From assembly GCA_951406725.2 (NCBI GenBank), contig OX597815.1, positions 83,514,001 to 83,578,000 of the forward strand: DNA of 64,000 nt. Direction: 5' to 3'. Under the pieces are notes generated by a model. It was not told the origin of the DNA and ran no database searches. It was given only the letters and a program-made list of their open reading frames with translations. Both the position numbers and the translations under genes were made by a program. The DNA is from Octopus vulgaris (lineage: Eukaryota). This document shows, piece after piece, positions 43,988 to 57,539 of this stretch. How positions within the stretch are numbered: the first letter of the stretch is position 1; every line of letters starts with the position of its first letter.

Positions 43988-45937
43988 ATGTATGTATGTA
44001 TGTATGTATGTATGTATGTATGTACGTACTATTATGTTTCAGATCAACAATGGTAGCGTTTGAGAATTAACACGTTTTTAAACACGCGTTCGCTTACCTA
44101 TCGGGATAGATTTTTATGACATTTGAACGATGACAATTAAGACTAGGGCTACTTATTTCATTGCTAATGAACTTTAATGATATAGGTAAAATTATTTTGT
44201 ATTTTTGTTACTGAACAGGTAATTCATCTCGAAATTCAGTCATACGAAATATGCAATGAATTTGATATTCAACTTCTCACATCATATATCTAAACCATAT
44301 TTCTTGTTATTGTCTTTGAAAATTCTATCATCAATTTAATATCAAATATTAATAAAAACTATTTACTAACACATGATACCGATTATATATTTCGCGGATG
44401 AAGACATTGATGCACTTGGTAATTTTCGTTTTCAATATATGCATTTGGCTTCGTATCAAAATATCTGCTCTCCAAGATTGAACAAAGAGGATTAATACAA
44501 CTTTTAAGATTCCAGTCCATTAGCAGTAAACGAAAACTAAAACTCCATGTTACCTTTGGGAAATTTGCTATTTAAATTAAACGGTCTATTTTTACGTTGA
44601 AAGAGCTTTAATAATCAGTAGATAGTGATTAGCTTAATACTAGTTATATTAAAATATATATTAATAAAATAGAATCTGAAGAACGCCTAACCAGCGTAAG
44701 TATAAACGAGTAAGTGCACTATATAGGATGTGCATGTGTGTGTCTAACTGACAGTATATGTGATTGTGCGTGTAGGTATGGCGTGTAAAATGCCACGTGC
44801 TGTGGTTTTCAAATGTATCAGCATGTGAAAGAACTTTTAAGCTTATAATTCATTATTATTCCATACTCACATATGGTGTTGCCACAATATATATGATATT
44901 TTATGTATTGCATATTTATATTTATATATGTATGTGTGCATGCTTTCATGTGAGTGTGAGCATTTGTTTTTTCTTATAATTGTTTCTATAAGTACGAAAG
45001 AATGTTCTATCGCTAGAATGCTTATCACAGAAATAGTAAAAGGAATCGTTTTGATTTTCAGAAAAATATTGCTTATTTTCACTATTCTGCTTAAGATAGA
45101 GGTTACATAAAACGTGTTGTTTGCTCACTTGGTTACTTCCTTTACTCGAGAGCTGCAGCGTTTTATACAGTTAACTTTAGAAAGTGTAACAACATGCCAA
45201 AAGACAAGGATTACAATTCTAAATTTATATGTGCTAATATATTATTGGTTTCAATCTAGTTGACTACAATATATACTGTCACTAATTTGGAATGAAAGTT
45301 TTACATCTGCTAAACAACTGACCTCACAAAACAATACTGAGAAACAACAGGGTAACGCCGTTAGTAGGAGAGGTTGAGAAGGTGAAAGGGGAGAATGAAG
45401 TATAGTATCAGAATAAAACAGGGAAGACTTAGCTAAGTTAAGAGAAATGAAGAGAAGTTAATATAAATCAGAGCTCTTATGGAAGAAGACGGGAGAAAAT
45501 GAACAAGAGAAAGTAACAATTGAGAAATGAAAACGAAAACTGAAGACCTGAGGCATTGTGAAAGGTTTAGATTTTATTAGATTACATGAACTATTAGGAG
45601 ACCTTTGAAAAAGACGTTTTACAACAATGCAGAAATTACCAAGATGTTTGTTTTTAATAAATACCATCCCCACAAAAAAATAAATAAATAAAAAAAATCT
45701 GTTTTGAGACGATACAAAAATAACCAAAATTTATTTTTTGTTTAAATTAAAACAGAAAAATTACAAGACGTTCTCGGAGAATTCTCTACGAATCTCGGGA
45801 TTCTTTTTTTCTTAAATCTTGCGAGTCATGAAGTTATAGAATTTCAAAGTTTTAAAGATTAATTGTTTAAATTTTTTTAAGTTTTAAGGTTTTAAAGTTA
45901 ATCTATTCTTCTTTTAAGGTCTGGTGGTTTCAAGATG

Positions 45938-46011
<74 letters not shown>

Positions 46012-48860
46012 CAGGACCTATCTAGTGACGGGTGGGGTGCGTATAGCCTTGTTGTTAATTCTCTGGCTAAGTATGACTTAACAAACATTAGCCCTTTCGG
46101 ATCAAGGATAGTATATCAGACGTTCTATACGGTGGTTATTGCTTGCATTGGTCAAAGGTTCCAAAAGCAGAAGATGAATTTCCAGATGTCGAGTTCATTC
46201 CGGTGGTTGAGACTGGGTATCCTGCTTTTTATGAAATATGCTTCTTTTATTCGCAGGTTGACAGTATCTGTTCTCCCTGTCAGTATTTGGAATATGGCGC
46301 TGGGTGGTGTGGCCTTGTGTAGGTGTTCGTTCTCTCTGACATGAAGCTGTCTTTTTGTCTATCCTATATGTTTTGCCGCAAGCAAATGTCATTTCGTATA
46401 TCACGTCTGTATCAAAGCATAGCCGGACTCAGTTTGGCGCGCTGAAAACAGCATTTACCCAATGTGTTGTTATTGTAAGAGAGGTAGTGTCCAAGAGTGT
46501 GGGCTCGTCTCGTGATTCTGACGGAGAGGCCAAACATTTTGACGTCGTGCCTTATCTTGTCTTCTATTTTCCCCCATAGTATGGAAGGTTGATATATAGC
46601 CATTTATTATTTCTTCGCTTCTCTTGTTCTCTCTTTCTTCTTTCCTTTTTCTTTCTGTCTTTGTTGAAGTTATTTCTGTTGTTGTTGTTGCTTTGGTGGT
46701 GGTGTTCTCTTGTCGCCGTGACTGCTGTTGTCATTGATAGTGTTATCACTTTGTTGTTGGCGTCGGTGTTTTTATTTTTATTGTTATTTTCGTTGTTGTG
46801 GTCAATGTAGTCGTTGCTGCGGCAGCCACGTTTGTTGTTGTTGTTGTTACCATTTGAGGAATTACCTCTGTCGACGTTACTGTTGCTCTTGTTGTGGGTG
46901 TTGTTGTTATTGTGGTCGATGTCACCATTATCGAAACCGGTTCGTCGGTTGTTGTTTCTGTGTTTTTGTGGTCGCTTCTGTTGTTGTCGATGGTCTTGTG
47001 GTGTCTTGGTGCTCGTTGTACCCGCGTGTTTAGAGTATTACACACTTTCGCTTTGAACTTGGATCTGTATCCTCTGCTGTACAGCATGTTAATGAAATCC
47101 GTCTTTACATTGGCGCATCTGCGTATGGGGCGGTGTACTTCATTGAAGGACACGTTATGCTTCAACGCCGGTAGATATGCTGAATCGAAGAAGCAGATTG
47201 TGGCATGTCGCGATGTGATGGTTACGGTGATGTCCAAGAGGCTAAGCGAGCCATTTGCGGTTGGATGGTGAACGTTAAATTGGATATTGTGGTGGAGGCT
47301 GCTAAAGACATTGTGGATCCTGACAGCCTCCTCTCTTGAGCTAGTTAACACAAATGCATCATCGACTTATCTTCGGTATAGGGTGATGTATCGTCCTGCG
47401 TAGATTGTCTTGCGTTCTAGCTCATCTAGGTTAAGGGTGGTCAGGATAGTACTGAGTCTGGACTTCATTGGGAGGCCGCTGCATTGTCCGTATATGGTGT
47501 GTTGGCGGTGCAGAATTCAAGGATGGATTTGAGGCTTGCTGGTGGACAGTCCGCTGCCAGCTTCTGACCGCACGTTAGTATCTTTTGGATTGTTTGTATT
47601 GCCTCATCTGGTGGTATAATGGTGGACATGGACCGTACATCTAGGCTGAAGGCATAGTTTCTGTCTGAGACGGTTCTCGGTGGGAGCTTACGGAGTAGTT
47701 CGATGTTGTTGCCAGCTGTTCTCAAAGTGTGCTGGTATGTATGCTAGCAGTGGTTTGAGTAGCCATGTTACAAACCACTCCATTTTCTGGAGTGAGGATT
47801 TTTGGACTGGCGATTATCGGGCATACTTTGAGCTGTATCAGGTCGTTGATGACCTTCTGAGTTTTGATTAGGTATTAGAACCGTGGTGTGGAGGGGATGT
47901 GTGCTAGGAAGCTTGCATATATATGAATGCATTGCTTCTTTTCAACTCTGCTCGTAACCTATTCGCAGCTGTATGATCATATGGGGTGTAGATATCGCCC
48001 GAGAATAAGACATCGCTGCCTTATCGTAGGAGACCCTGTCGATCACACAGAATTATCCCTCTTTGTCTGAGAGCAGGAATGTATAGATTTTCTTTTTTAA
48101 GGTGTCCAGTATGGAAATCTCCTTGGGCGCCAGGTTAGCGGGTGATAGTCGCCTATTAACAGACCTCATGCTCTTCAGGAGGTCGTGACATAGCCAACCA
48201 ACTTTGTTCTCGAAGTGTTCTTTAGCGGGTGATAGTTTATTGAACTTCCGTTCATATAGTTAAGGTTTGACGACTCCGTCATGATCTCTGTCATGGTCAT
48301 CGTTGTTGAGCTTCTGTGCTCATGGTAGCGCGTATGACAATCTGGAGAGAGATATGTTGATGGTGTGTCCTGGGAGTCTCTGAGTGGTAGCATACTTGGG
48401 GCCTCTTCTAAGTATCACCTTATCTTCAGTGTGACTGTTCCTGTTAGGTCATGAACAATGCGTTACGTTGGTCTCCTTCTGGTTGATGTGTGTTCTTAGT
48501 GAGGCCAGGCATGGTTTCCATATGCCCGGATGGTGATGTGTGTGACGTATGATCGACGGAATATACGTTCGAATTTGGAATTGGATTTCTGCTGGTAGTA
48601 ACAATACATTGCTTAGTTGACGTTTCAGACGATGTGTCCGGTGGCCGGTGGTATGTATGTACCATTCCGATCTTTGCGTTCAAGTGACGTGGCGTGTTGT
48701 ATTTTTCGTGAATCAGTTTGCTGAGGATGTACTTGGTGATGATATCTGGGATGAGACAGGTAACTATAGACGTCTAAGTGATCGCGGGGTTAGGTTATGC
48801 AGTCTATATGTTAGGTTATGCAACTATGTGTCCGATTTCTTAGATTGTATTGCTTAATCG
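46012..48860 (-). mobile_element. Decayed Penelope-like retroelement (RT plus C-terminal GIY-YIG)
   Basis: The - strand reads RPIIASP, FSLDVRSMSTIIP, YRR*VDDAFVL, IQFNVHHP...LSLLDITV, LPYYG, and DVIYEMTFACGKTY..TKRQLHVRENEH. The 3' end abuts (GATA)n at 45938-46011. The 5' boundary is uncertain. Confidence 0.88.
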
Positions 48861-49387
48861 CTATCATTTTAGCAATGGCCTATCTTACAATTGTCAGGCA
48901 TGGTATAACATGCACTCAATTATCCAGTGACTCTTTCTTGAAGACTACAGATTAATCTGTGTAATATTTGTAGACACTCGAGTGATCACGTAGAGGATTG
49001 ATGAATGTCAGTGACACTTCTGAGGATGATATCAGCGGTGTGTTTGGGTTTAGTTGTTTTGTATGACGGAATTTTCTTGCATTTGCCCGTTCTGTAATGA
49101 TATTACATGCGATAGAGTAACAATTACCATGTTTAACAACAATTCTTTTGCTGCCGATGTAAACTGCTGCTGGTCGAAACACCTTTATTCCGAAGTTATT
49201 AAGTAGATTAGATTTTCTCCCTGTCAGTATTCAGGCATTTCGGCCATTTACGTTATTAAATCAACAATACATTTCATATACCTGGTTTTAAAAATATCAT
49301 CCTCTTCTGCAGCATTTTGCTGTGCTGAACCAAACGTAAGAACTTGTGCAACGTGGAGACACAAAGTTGGAAAATATTTTGAATATA

Positions 49388-50678
49388 CGAGGGGCGTTCA
49401 ATAAGTAATGCCTCTGACCCACTTGCAGTTGTTTGATCTAGCTGAAAGTTTGCATGCGCAATTATTCATATCTCTATAGAGTAAGTGGAAAATTACAGCT
49501 CTGAACTAATTGTGGTGTCTGATTTACAGGTGTTTGAACTGAGTCAAGTGTGAAATGGAGCCTGTTGAGTGTCTAGCAGTGATCCGGTTTTTGTATTTGA
49601 AAGGACGCACACCACGGGAGACTTTTGATGAAATGAAAGTAACTTATGGTGATGATGTCCCATCATATGACCTTGTAAAACGCTGGCATCGTGAATTCAA
49701 ACATGGTCGGAACTCTGTGGAAACAGCTCCCAGATCAGGTCGTCCCCCTTCTGCCATTGATGAGGCATCTGTCCGTCAAGTTGAGGCTGCCATTTTGGAA
49801 GATCGACGCACAACTATTCGCCAAATAGCCCATGAGGTCAAGATTAGTACCGGGTCTGTGGAAACTATCGTTCATGACCATTTGCATATGCAAAAGGTGT
49901 CTGCCAGATGGATTCCCAGGTTGCTCACACCTTTTCAGAAGCAAGAACGCGTCGAGTGCTCGAGGATGAATTTGGAGATGTGCCAAGAAGATGAGTCAAA
50001 ATTTTTCAAAAGACTGATTACACAGGAGAAACCTGGGTCCATCACTATGATCCAGAGACCAAAGCCCAGTCAATGCAGTGGAAGCACCGTGACTCACCTC
50101 CTCCAAAGAAGGCAAGGGTGCAACCCTCCGCTGGCAAGGTCATGCTCACAGTCTTCTGGGACCAGGACGGAGTAGTGATGACAGATTTCCTGGCAAAGGG
50201 TACCACAATTACAGGAGCCTATTATGCTTCACTTTTGAGGAAATTAAGAGAAGCTATCAAAATCAAGAGGCGGGGCAAGATCAGCAAAGGCATCCTCCTC
50301 TTGCAGGACAACGCTCCCGCCACAACTCGCGTGTCGCCAGATCAGAAGCACAGGCGTGCGGCTATGAACTCCTCCCCCATCCCCCCTACTCTCCTGACCT
50401 TGCACCCTCTGATTTTCACCTCTTCCCAGCCATGAAGTTGTTTTTGAAAGGAAAGCGTTTCCCAGATGATGCAGCCTTGATTTCTGAAGTCACGTCGTGG
50501 TTGGAGGACCAAGCTGGGGTCTTCTACAAAAACGGTCTCCAGAGCTGCATCAAACGATGGGAGAAATGTGTAACTCTGGGTAGTTCCTATGTAGAAAAAG
50601 ACTAATAACTGTGCCAAGTTTCGTTGCTCTACTGCTATGGTAAGTGGGTCAGGGGCATTACTTATTGAACGCCCCTCG
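49388..50678 (+). mobile_element. Full-length mariner transposon (irritans-like), about 1.29 kb
   Basis: TIRs cgaggggcgttcaataagtaatgcc(t/c)ctgacccact at both ends, with TA target duplications at 49386-87 and 50679-80. Confidence 0.97.
49555..50605 (+). pseudogene. Mariner DD34D transposase with two frameshifts
   Basis: N-terminal HTH, WIPRLL, ITQ(D)ETW broken near 50025, LLQDNAPA broken near 50320, then PYSPDLAPSDFHLF and a TAA ending at 50605. Confidence 0.95.
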
Positions 50679-52947
50679 TACATTCAATTTCAGGTGAGAT
50701 GATATTCGATGAACGGTGATGTATTGCAGTTCCTGCTTGTATAATGTCAGCATTTATAGCAGTAATATATCCATAGCTGTCAAACTAATAAAAATTAAAA
50801 GAACGCGCTCTTAACCGCCGCAGTTTCGACTTCTACGAACTGTTTCAACAACAAATGCAATAAACAGTATAACATGTCACTTACTCTAAAAACAATAGAC
50901 AACTATCGGCAGAAATCTTAAAATGGCCGCGAAATTGAAACTTAATTTTTATTTTCCAAGATTATGAAATAATTCAAGGTGAAAAAATAACAACCTCAGA
51001 TCATTTATATCGTAATACCATTCATTTCCCCTCGATCTTTATGTACAAGTGAAGATAACATAACAATAGTACAGTATAATTCGCTATATGACATAAAGGC
51101 GTCCAGAAATATAGATAAGTGCATTCACAACTTGATAAATGCACAGTTCTTGCTTTTCATTTATAAAATCTTTAACATAGAGTCTGCTAATAATACCTAT
51201 TGTTGTTTTGGCAAAATAAAATTGCAACCATAATGAAGTGGCAGCCAAAACTATGCACAAACACCAGTATGATTCGAATTGTTCTGTTAGTAATAAGTAC
51301 TAAAAATAAAATATAAAATGAAATGCGGAACTGTTTATCAGTCACTGATTGAACAGAAGATATATGGGATTGTCAAAAGCTTAGTTAATACAAACCTCGA
51401 TATACAACAGCATGCCCAGCTGGTCAGAAACCGGAACAAACACCGTTTACTTATCCACCTGGTAGTTGAAGGATCGGAGTACAGAGGAGCCTATAATCAA
51501 TTACGAAACGTATACTACAACAACGGTGTTACTTTCGCAAGTAAAAAGCTTATGATTTTAATTCCGAGAGCTCAGTCAAGGGAAACAACTTAATCTTTCT
51601 TTCACAAAAAGAAATTCGTATTATCATGATTCAAAAATGTTCCTGCTCCGGATAAAAATCCTTGATTACGTGAGAGCCCAGGCCTACAATCCAGCTAAAC
51701 ATGGATCTTTTTTTTATATTTAATTTCGTTCGCCTGCTTTTTTACTCCCGTTTCAGCAAATTTGCACGTACAGAGATGAGCCAATTCGCCGTAGCTTTGA
51801 ACGATTATACCCATTTCTGCATTTACATTTGTGCTTGCGCTGTGAGTATTCAATGAAGAATTCAAATCTCAAGAGCTCTTAAAATGAATAAACATCACAT
51901 AAATAACTTTCCTACATATCGATATTATTTTATATTGTGTATCAACATTCTGTAATGCCGTGCTCAATCCGGCATTGTTACAGTTTATTCTTCCCTATTC
52001 ACCATGCGTTTCAGTCAAATATTTCCTATCTAAAAATTAAATTTCTATCATTTTTTAATATTTATTCTCCTGATTCTTGTAGATATTTCCCATGTGATAC
52101 TATTTCTCGGTCATTCGAACAACCTAGTGCATCGGCTCAGATGTGTATTTGCGTGCCTGTGTGTTTATAGATGTCGATGGGTGTATACAAATAAACTGAC
52201 ACATATGTATGCCAATGGCAATAGTTTCAACGTGTTCAAAAACCCTGCTAAGTCCATGGGTAACAACATCTTCCACCGGACAAGACCAACATAATATATT
52301 TTTATTCCTGCACGTGTGCTTGTGTAGGAATGTATAAGTGGGTGTCATCCATAAATTGATTGCAATATAGTGTGACATCAACTGTTTATAATTGTCAACA
52401 AACTACAAAAGAATCAATGTTATTATTGTTTTCAGTTTTACAGTTATATTCTAATTATATATCTAGGTATGCATATAAGCACTATATGAGGATCATTATA
52501 ACTAGATTCCTAAAATCTGTTCGCCTATCAAAAGGAAAGTTGGCAAATTCTATTTGAGAAAACAGGAAAGATTATTTATACTCAGAAGGAACAACCAGAT
52601 ACAAAGATGCCTACGCACAAAATGGCAATGCAAGCACACACATAAGCAACAACACAACTGCAGAATTACATAGGCATACGAACGAGAGTTAATACGTGCA
52701 AGTGTGTTTATCTCTGTTCCTGTATGACTGTGAAAAAAATTCTAATAGCTTTTATCACATATGTCATATTGGTCAGACCACCAGCGAAAGCTAATTAACA
52801 AATCAACGTTACACACAAGATTTATTATTGTGAATCTTCTCCTATAGAGTCAAGCTAGATGAACATAAAGATAATCGCTACAGACTTACACAAACAAGCA
52901 CATACATAATAAAAATTGCGCGGGTATGCAAACAATTTAGAAGTGAT

Positions 52948-52986
<39 letters not shown>

Positions 52987-53158
52987 ATTTCATACGCACA
53001 CACATACATATAATATTTTTATACAACTCGCACACGAATCGCACACATACGTGATAGAAGGTGTATTAAACTTCCTCCTGATGGATATACAGAAACAGAG
53101 ACATACACGCATATTCATTTCCACATTGCATTTTACTATTACATTTACCATATAACAG

Positions 53159-53223
<65 letters not shown>

Positions 53224-53248
53224 GCATATGTATGTATGTATATATATG

Positions 53249-53313
<65 letters not shown>

Positions 53314-53687
53314 ATATGTACATGAATGAATATATATATATATACATACATATATAAATATTCATATATATATATATATGATGAAAGATAAAATATATGA
53401 GTAGGAAATAAAATATTGATACTAAATGTACAAGAAGCATAGAGGAGTAAGCAATTATGGTTCATTCTTCGAACGTAATGTTTCGCCTTGGGCTCTCCTG
53501 ATAAGACCTAATAATTTCAGCCTTATCTAAATATACATACATACTTACATTCACATGCACATGCACGCACACACACACAAAAAAAACGCAAAGACATGTA
53601 TATAGATATAGATATAGATATATAAATCATCATTACGATCATATTATAGTACGAACATATATTCACACAAAAACTGACATAAGACTT

Positions 53688-53764
<77 letters not shown>

Positions 53765-54660
53765 ATGTGTGTGTGTGTACGTGTGTGTGTAAGTATTTAG
53801 ACAAACGATGTGACCGACATACATATAACTGTGTGTGTACATGTGTGTATGTATATAAATTGTATATATTGTAATTATATGATATAATTATCAGTGCATA
53901 TAAGATTATTACAGTATGCATGATATAGATATCTATACACCTTTTAAATTAATAGCAGTGTATCAATAATTCCAGAAAATGGCAGCTGAAGAAAACTTCT
54001 CAAATATACTAGGAATTCCCAGAATTTTCTAAAGACACTACTGTCAGTTAATATACGTCTTGTGCACCTACCTATATGGACAACTGTAAATGAGCCTAAG
54101 TGTATACATTGCATATTAAAAGCATAATTATATATATGAATATATATATTATTATATAAAAGGGCTTAGTAAAATAAATTACTTTGCCACATACTGAACT
54201 CATTAGAAATAGTAGCTAAAAAAACTTTTTTAGAACTATTTCTCTCTCAAATAGTGTTTGCTCAATTCAACTCACGAAAGTATGGGGGTAAAGACATTAA
54301 AAAATCAAATGCAAAGGTTATTTGAGAACGTACGTTTCAAGATTAATTTGAATTCGCCTTAAATGGTCCCTTTACATACTGAATACTTGGTGAAATTGAT
54401 TAATAATTAATTAATTTTACCCTCAATTGTTGAAATTATAATTCATCTCTCTCTATTTAAATGCTTCGGATTTTACCGAAAAAAGCATAGTGTTTACCGA
54501 TTTTAACCCACGCTGGTGGAAAGGGGAGAGCAGAAATTCTTCGCTTGCATTTTTTTGGGTTTGCTGGCACTGTTAGTTTCGAGCAGATCTTCAGAAGCGA
54601 TAAGAAGCCGAAAGGGTATGCTCCCACTTTCAGTGTTTTCAAATCCAAACCAAGGAGTTC

Positions 54661-54712
54661 TGAGCTGATGATAGAAATGTCGAGTTGACTAATCTTGAAA
54701 CGTACGTTCTCA
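54661..54712 (+). ncRNA. Type I hammerhead ribozyme, unit 1
   Basis: tgag-CTGATGA-taga aat gtc gagtt gac taa tctt-GAAA-cgtacg-TT-ctca. Confidence 0.85.
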
Positions 54713-55223
54713 AATAACCTTTGCATTTGATTTTTTAATGTCTTTATCCCCATACTTTCGTGAGTTGAATTGAGCAAACACTATTTGAGAGAGATTTTCT
54801 TTAAGTATTAGAAATAGTTCTAAAAAAGTTTTTTTAGCTACTATTTCTAATGAGTTCAGTATGTGGCAAAGTAATTTATTTTACTAAGCCCTTTTATATA
54901 ATGTAATAATTTGAATTCGCCTCAAATGGTCCCTTTACATACTGAATACTTGGTGAAATTGATTAATAATTAATTAATTTTACCCTCAATTGTTGAAATT
55001 ATAATTCATCTCTCTCTATTTAAATGCTTCGGATTTTACCGAAAAAAGCATAGTGTTTACCGATTTTAACCCACGCTGGTGGAAAGGGGAGAGCAGAAAT
55101 TCTTCGCTTGCATTTGTTTGGTTTTGCTGGCACTGTTAGTTTCGAGCAGATCTTCAGAAGCGATAAGAAGCCGAAAGGGTATGCTCCCACTTTCAGTGTT
55201 TTCAAATCCAAACCAAGGAGTTC

Positions 55224-55275
55224 TGAGCTGATGATAGAAATGTCGAGTTGACTAATCTTGAAACATACGTTCTCA
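55224..55275 (+). ncRNA. Type I hammerhead ribozyme, unit 2
   Basis: As unit 1, but stem III is catacg, so the palindrome is broken. Confidence 0.8.
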
Positions 55276-55786
55276 AATAACCTTTGCATTTGATTTTTTA
55301 ATGTCTTTACCCCCAAACTTTCGTGAGTTGAATTGAGCAAACACTATTTGAGAGAGATTTTCTTTTAAGTATTAGAAATAGTTCTAAAAAGTTTTTTTAG
55401 CTACTATTTCTAATGAGTTCAGTATGTGGCAAAGTAATTTATTTTACTAAGCCCTTTTATATAATGTAATAATTTGAATTCGCCTTAAATGGTCCCTTTA
55501 CATACTGAATACTTGGTGAAATTGATTAATAATTAATTAATTTTACCCTCAATTGTTGAAATTATAATTCATCTCTCTCTATTTAAATGCTTCGGATTTT
55601 ACCGAAAAAAGCATAGTGTTTACTGATTTTAACCCACGCTGGTGGAAAGGGGAGAGCAGAAATTCTTCGCTTGCATTTTTTGGGGTTTGCTGGCACTGTT
55701 AGTTTCGAGCAGATCTTCAGAAGCGATAAGAAGCCGAAAGGGTATGCTCCCACTTTCAGTGTTTTCAAATCCAAACCAAGGAGTTC

Positions 55787-55838
55787 TGAGCTGATGATAG
55801 AAATGTCGAGTTGACTAATCTTGAAACGTACGTTCTCA
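55787..55838 (+). ncRNA. Type I hammerhead ribozyme, unit 3
   Basis: Identical to unit 1. Confidence 0.85.
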
Positions 55839-56304
55839 AATAACCTTTGCATTTGATTTTAATGTCTTTACCCCCATACTTTCGTGAGTTGAATTGAGCA
55901 AACACTATTTGAGAGAGATTTTCTTTAAGTATTAGAAATAGTTCTAAAAAAGTTTTTTTAGCTACTATTTCTAATGAGTTCAGTATGTGGCAAAGTAATT
56001 TATTTTACTAAGCCCTTTTATATAATGTAATAATTTGAATTCGCCTTAAATGGTCCCTTTACATACTGAATACTTGGTGAAATTGATTAATAATTAATTA
56101 ATTTTACCCTCAATTGTATGAATATATATATATACATACTTTATTTTTGTAACTTTTCATTTTTATTTGAATATTTATCTGAATTATGGCTTGTACTGTA
56201 GAGTCCAGTGAAACTAATTTAAGCATGTCTACTTTACACATACTTAAGGGCTTTATAAAATTAGAATATAGTTTATTGTACTGAACGTTGATAAAGTGAT
56301 ATAA

Positions 56305-56397
56305 GGGCCTGATGATTGGGATTATATTTTAAGAAGGGTTCCAGGAAAACACGGAGTGGTTTAGGAACCCGAGGATGTATCTCATGAAACACGTGTA
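56305..56397 (+). ncRNA. Hammerhead core with 70-nt stem II, lacking the 3' strand of stem I
   Basis: gggc-CTGATGA-t tgggattatatt..gggttcc..ggaaccc..gatgtatctca t-GAAA-cacgtg-TA. The following bases (ataa) do not pair with gggc. Confidence 0.7.
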
Positions 56398-56474
56398 ATA
56401 AAACAGTAGGTATTTAAAATTAAAATAATTTTTTTTTATATGGTGAGATGTAGGGGTCTACTATCTCTAAATTA

Positions 56475-56507
<33 letters not shown>

Positions 56508-56788
56508 CATGTATATATACAGAGAGAGAGAGAGAGAGAGAGAAAGAAAGAGAAGGGAAAGCGGGAGAGACGTATCATAATATATACACACAGACGGTAA
56601 CTCAGTTACTGTGCTATAGATATTGTGTAGGAACGAATGTCATCTGGAGAACAGGTCAGCCGTTTTGGGAGGTATATTTGTCTTCCTCTAATACTATTTT
56701 GTATTAAATCAACACGCCCAGAAGTGATGTTATATCACGCGAAATACCCGCAGTAACTGGTCTAGTGACTGTGTAGATATATTCGGAG

Positions 56789-57113
56789 ACCCCCTTCGGT
56801 CACCACACAGACCATGGGATTGCACCTAGAAAGTTACCCTCCTAGAGACAAGTCCGGGCGAGGTTGTTTATGGAAGACCAGCAGTCGCCCATGCATACCA
56901 GCCTCCCCTCTCCACGCCACCAGTGTTATCCAAGGGAAAGACAAAAGTCGATACAGCTTGGCACCAGTGACGTCGCAACTCATTTCTACAGCTGAGTGAA
57001 CAGGAGCAACGTGATATAAAGTGCCTTGCTCAAGAACACAACACGCAGCCCGGTCCGGGATTCGAGCTCACAACCTCACGATCGTAAGCTCGACGCTCTA
57101 ACCACTGAGCCAT
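56789..57113 (-). mobile_element. tRNA-derived SINE, third family
   Basis: The - strand head is tggctcagtggttagagcg...gagctcgaatccc, followed by CORE-like ttcttgagcaaggcacttt. Confidence 0.9.
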
Positions 57114-57499
57114 TAAGTAATATATATTGATGGCTATTTAATTTAATTCTGGCTAACTTGCATAGAAATTTCATACATCCAGGCGGCTATTTGCAGCATC
57201 AATGAATTCCGTTCATCTTGTGTCATAGGCGACGAATGGTCGTCCAAACGTGTGTTTGTCTACACGTACTTACCATTGAAAGTGCTTCTGAAGGCCTAGA
57301 TTCTTCTAAGATCTGGTTGGCCTCAGTTTAGACGAATTTTCGGGCCGCTATGATATTTTTGTTAACATAGCAGTTACATTAGAGAGGTTATCCCTGAACA
57401 AGTATCGTGGTAACTGGCCGAACAATTGTGTGTATAAAGTAAATATGAGACATATATAGGTCAAGGTAGAAAATGCTAAAATAATTTTATAAAAAACAT

Positions 57500-57539
57500 T
57501 TCACTACCAGTTTCGGTCATTGACACTTTTTCAACTGTA
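57500..57539 (-). ncRNA. Degenerate hammerhead-like motif
   Basis: Reverse complement reads tacag-TTGAAAA-agt gtc aat gac c-GAAA-ctgg-TA-gtgaa. The core has two substitutions and stem I is imperfect. Confidence 0.4.

Larger units (their letters stand above)
54151..56117 (+). mobile_element. Young hammerhead-bearing tandem array (3.15 units of 563 bp) preceded by an inverted partial unit
   Basis: Units start at 54345, 54908, 55471 and 56032 and are nearly identical. 54151-54345 is the reverse complement of the unit's last 210 bp or so. TA tracts on both sides. Confidence 0.92.

Noticed and set aside
53465-53522. Reverse-strand gcccaaggc-GAAA-cattacg-TT near a TA tract
   Set aside because: No recognisable CUGANGA box or stem I.
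54562-54600. Antisense CTGAAGA...GAAAC motif within the 563-bp unit
   Set aside because: No stem I or stem II pairing, and the triplet would end in G.
54457-55852. Three repeated ORFs of 89-106 aa on the - strand
   Set aside because: They are a by-product of the 563-bp tandem repeat, antisense to the HHR, with no recognisable domain. An indel truncates the third copy.
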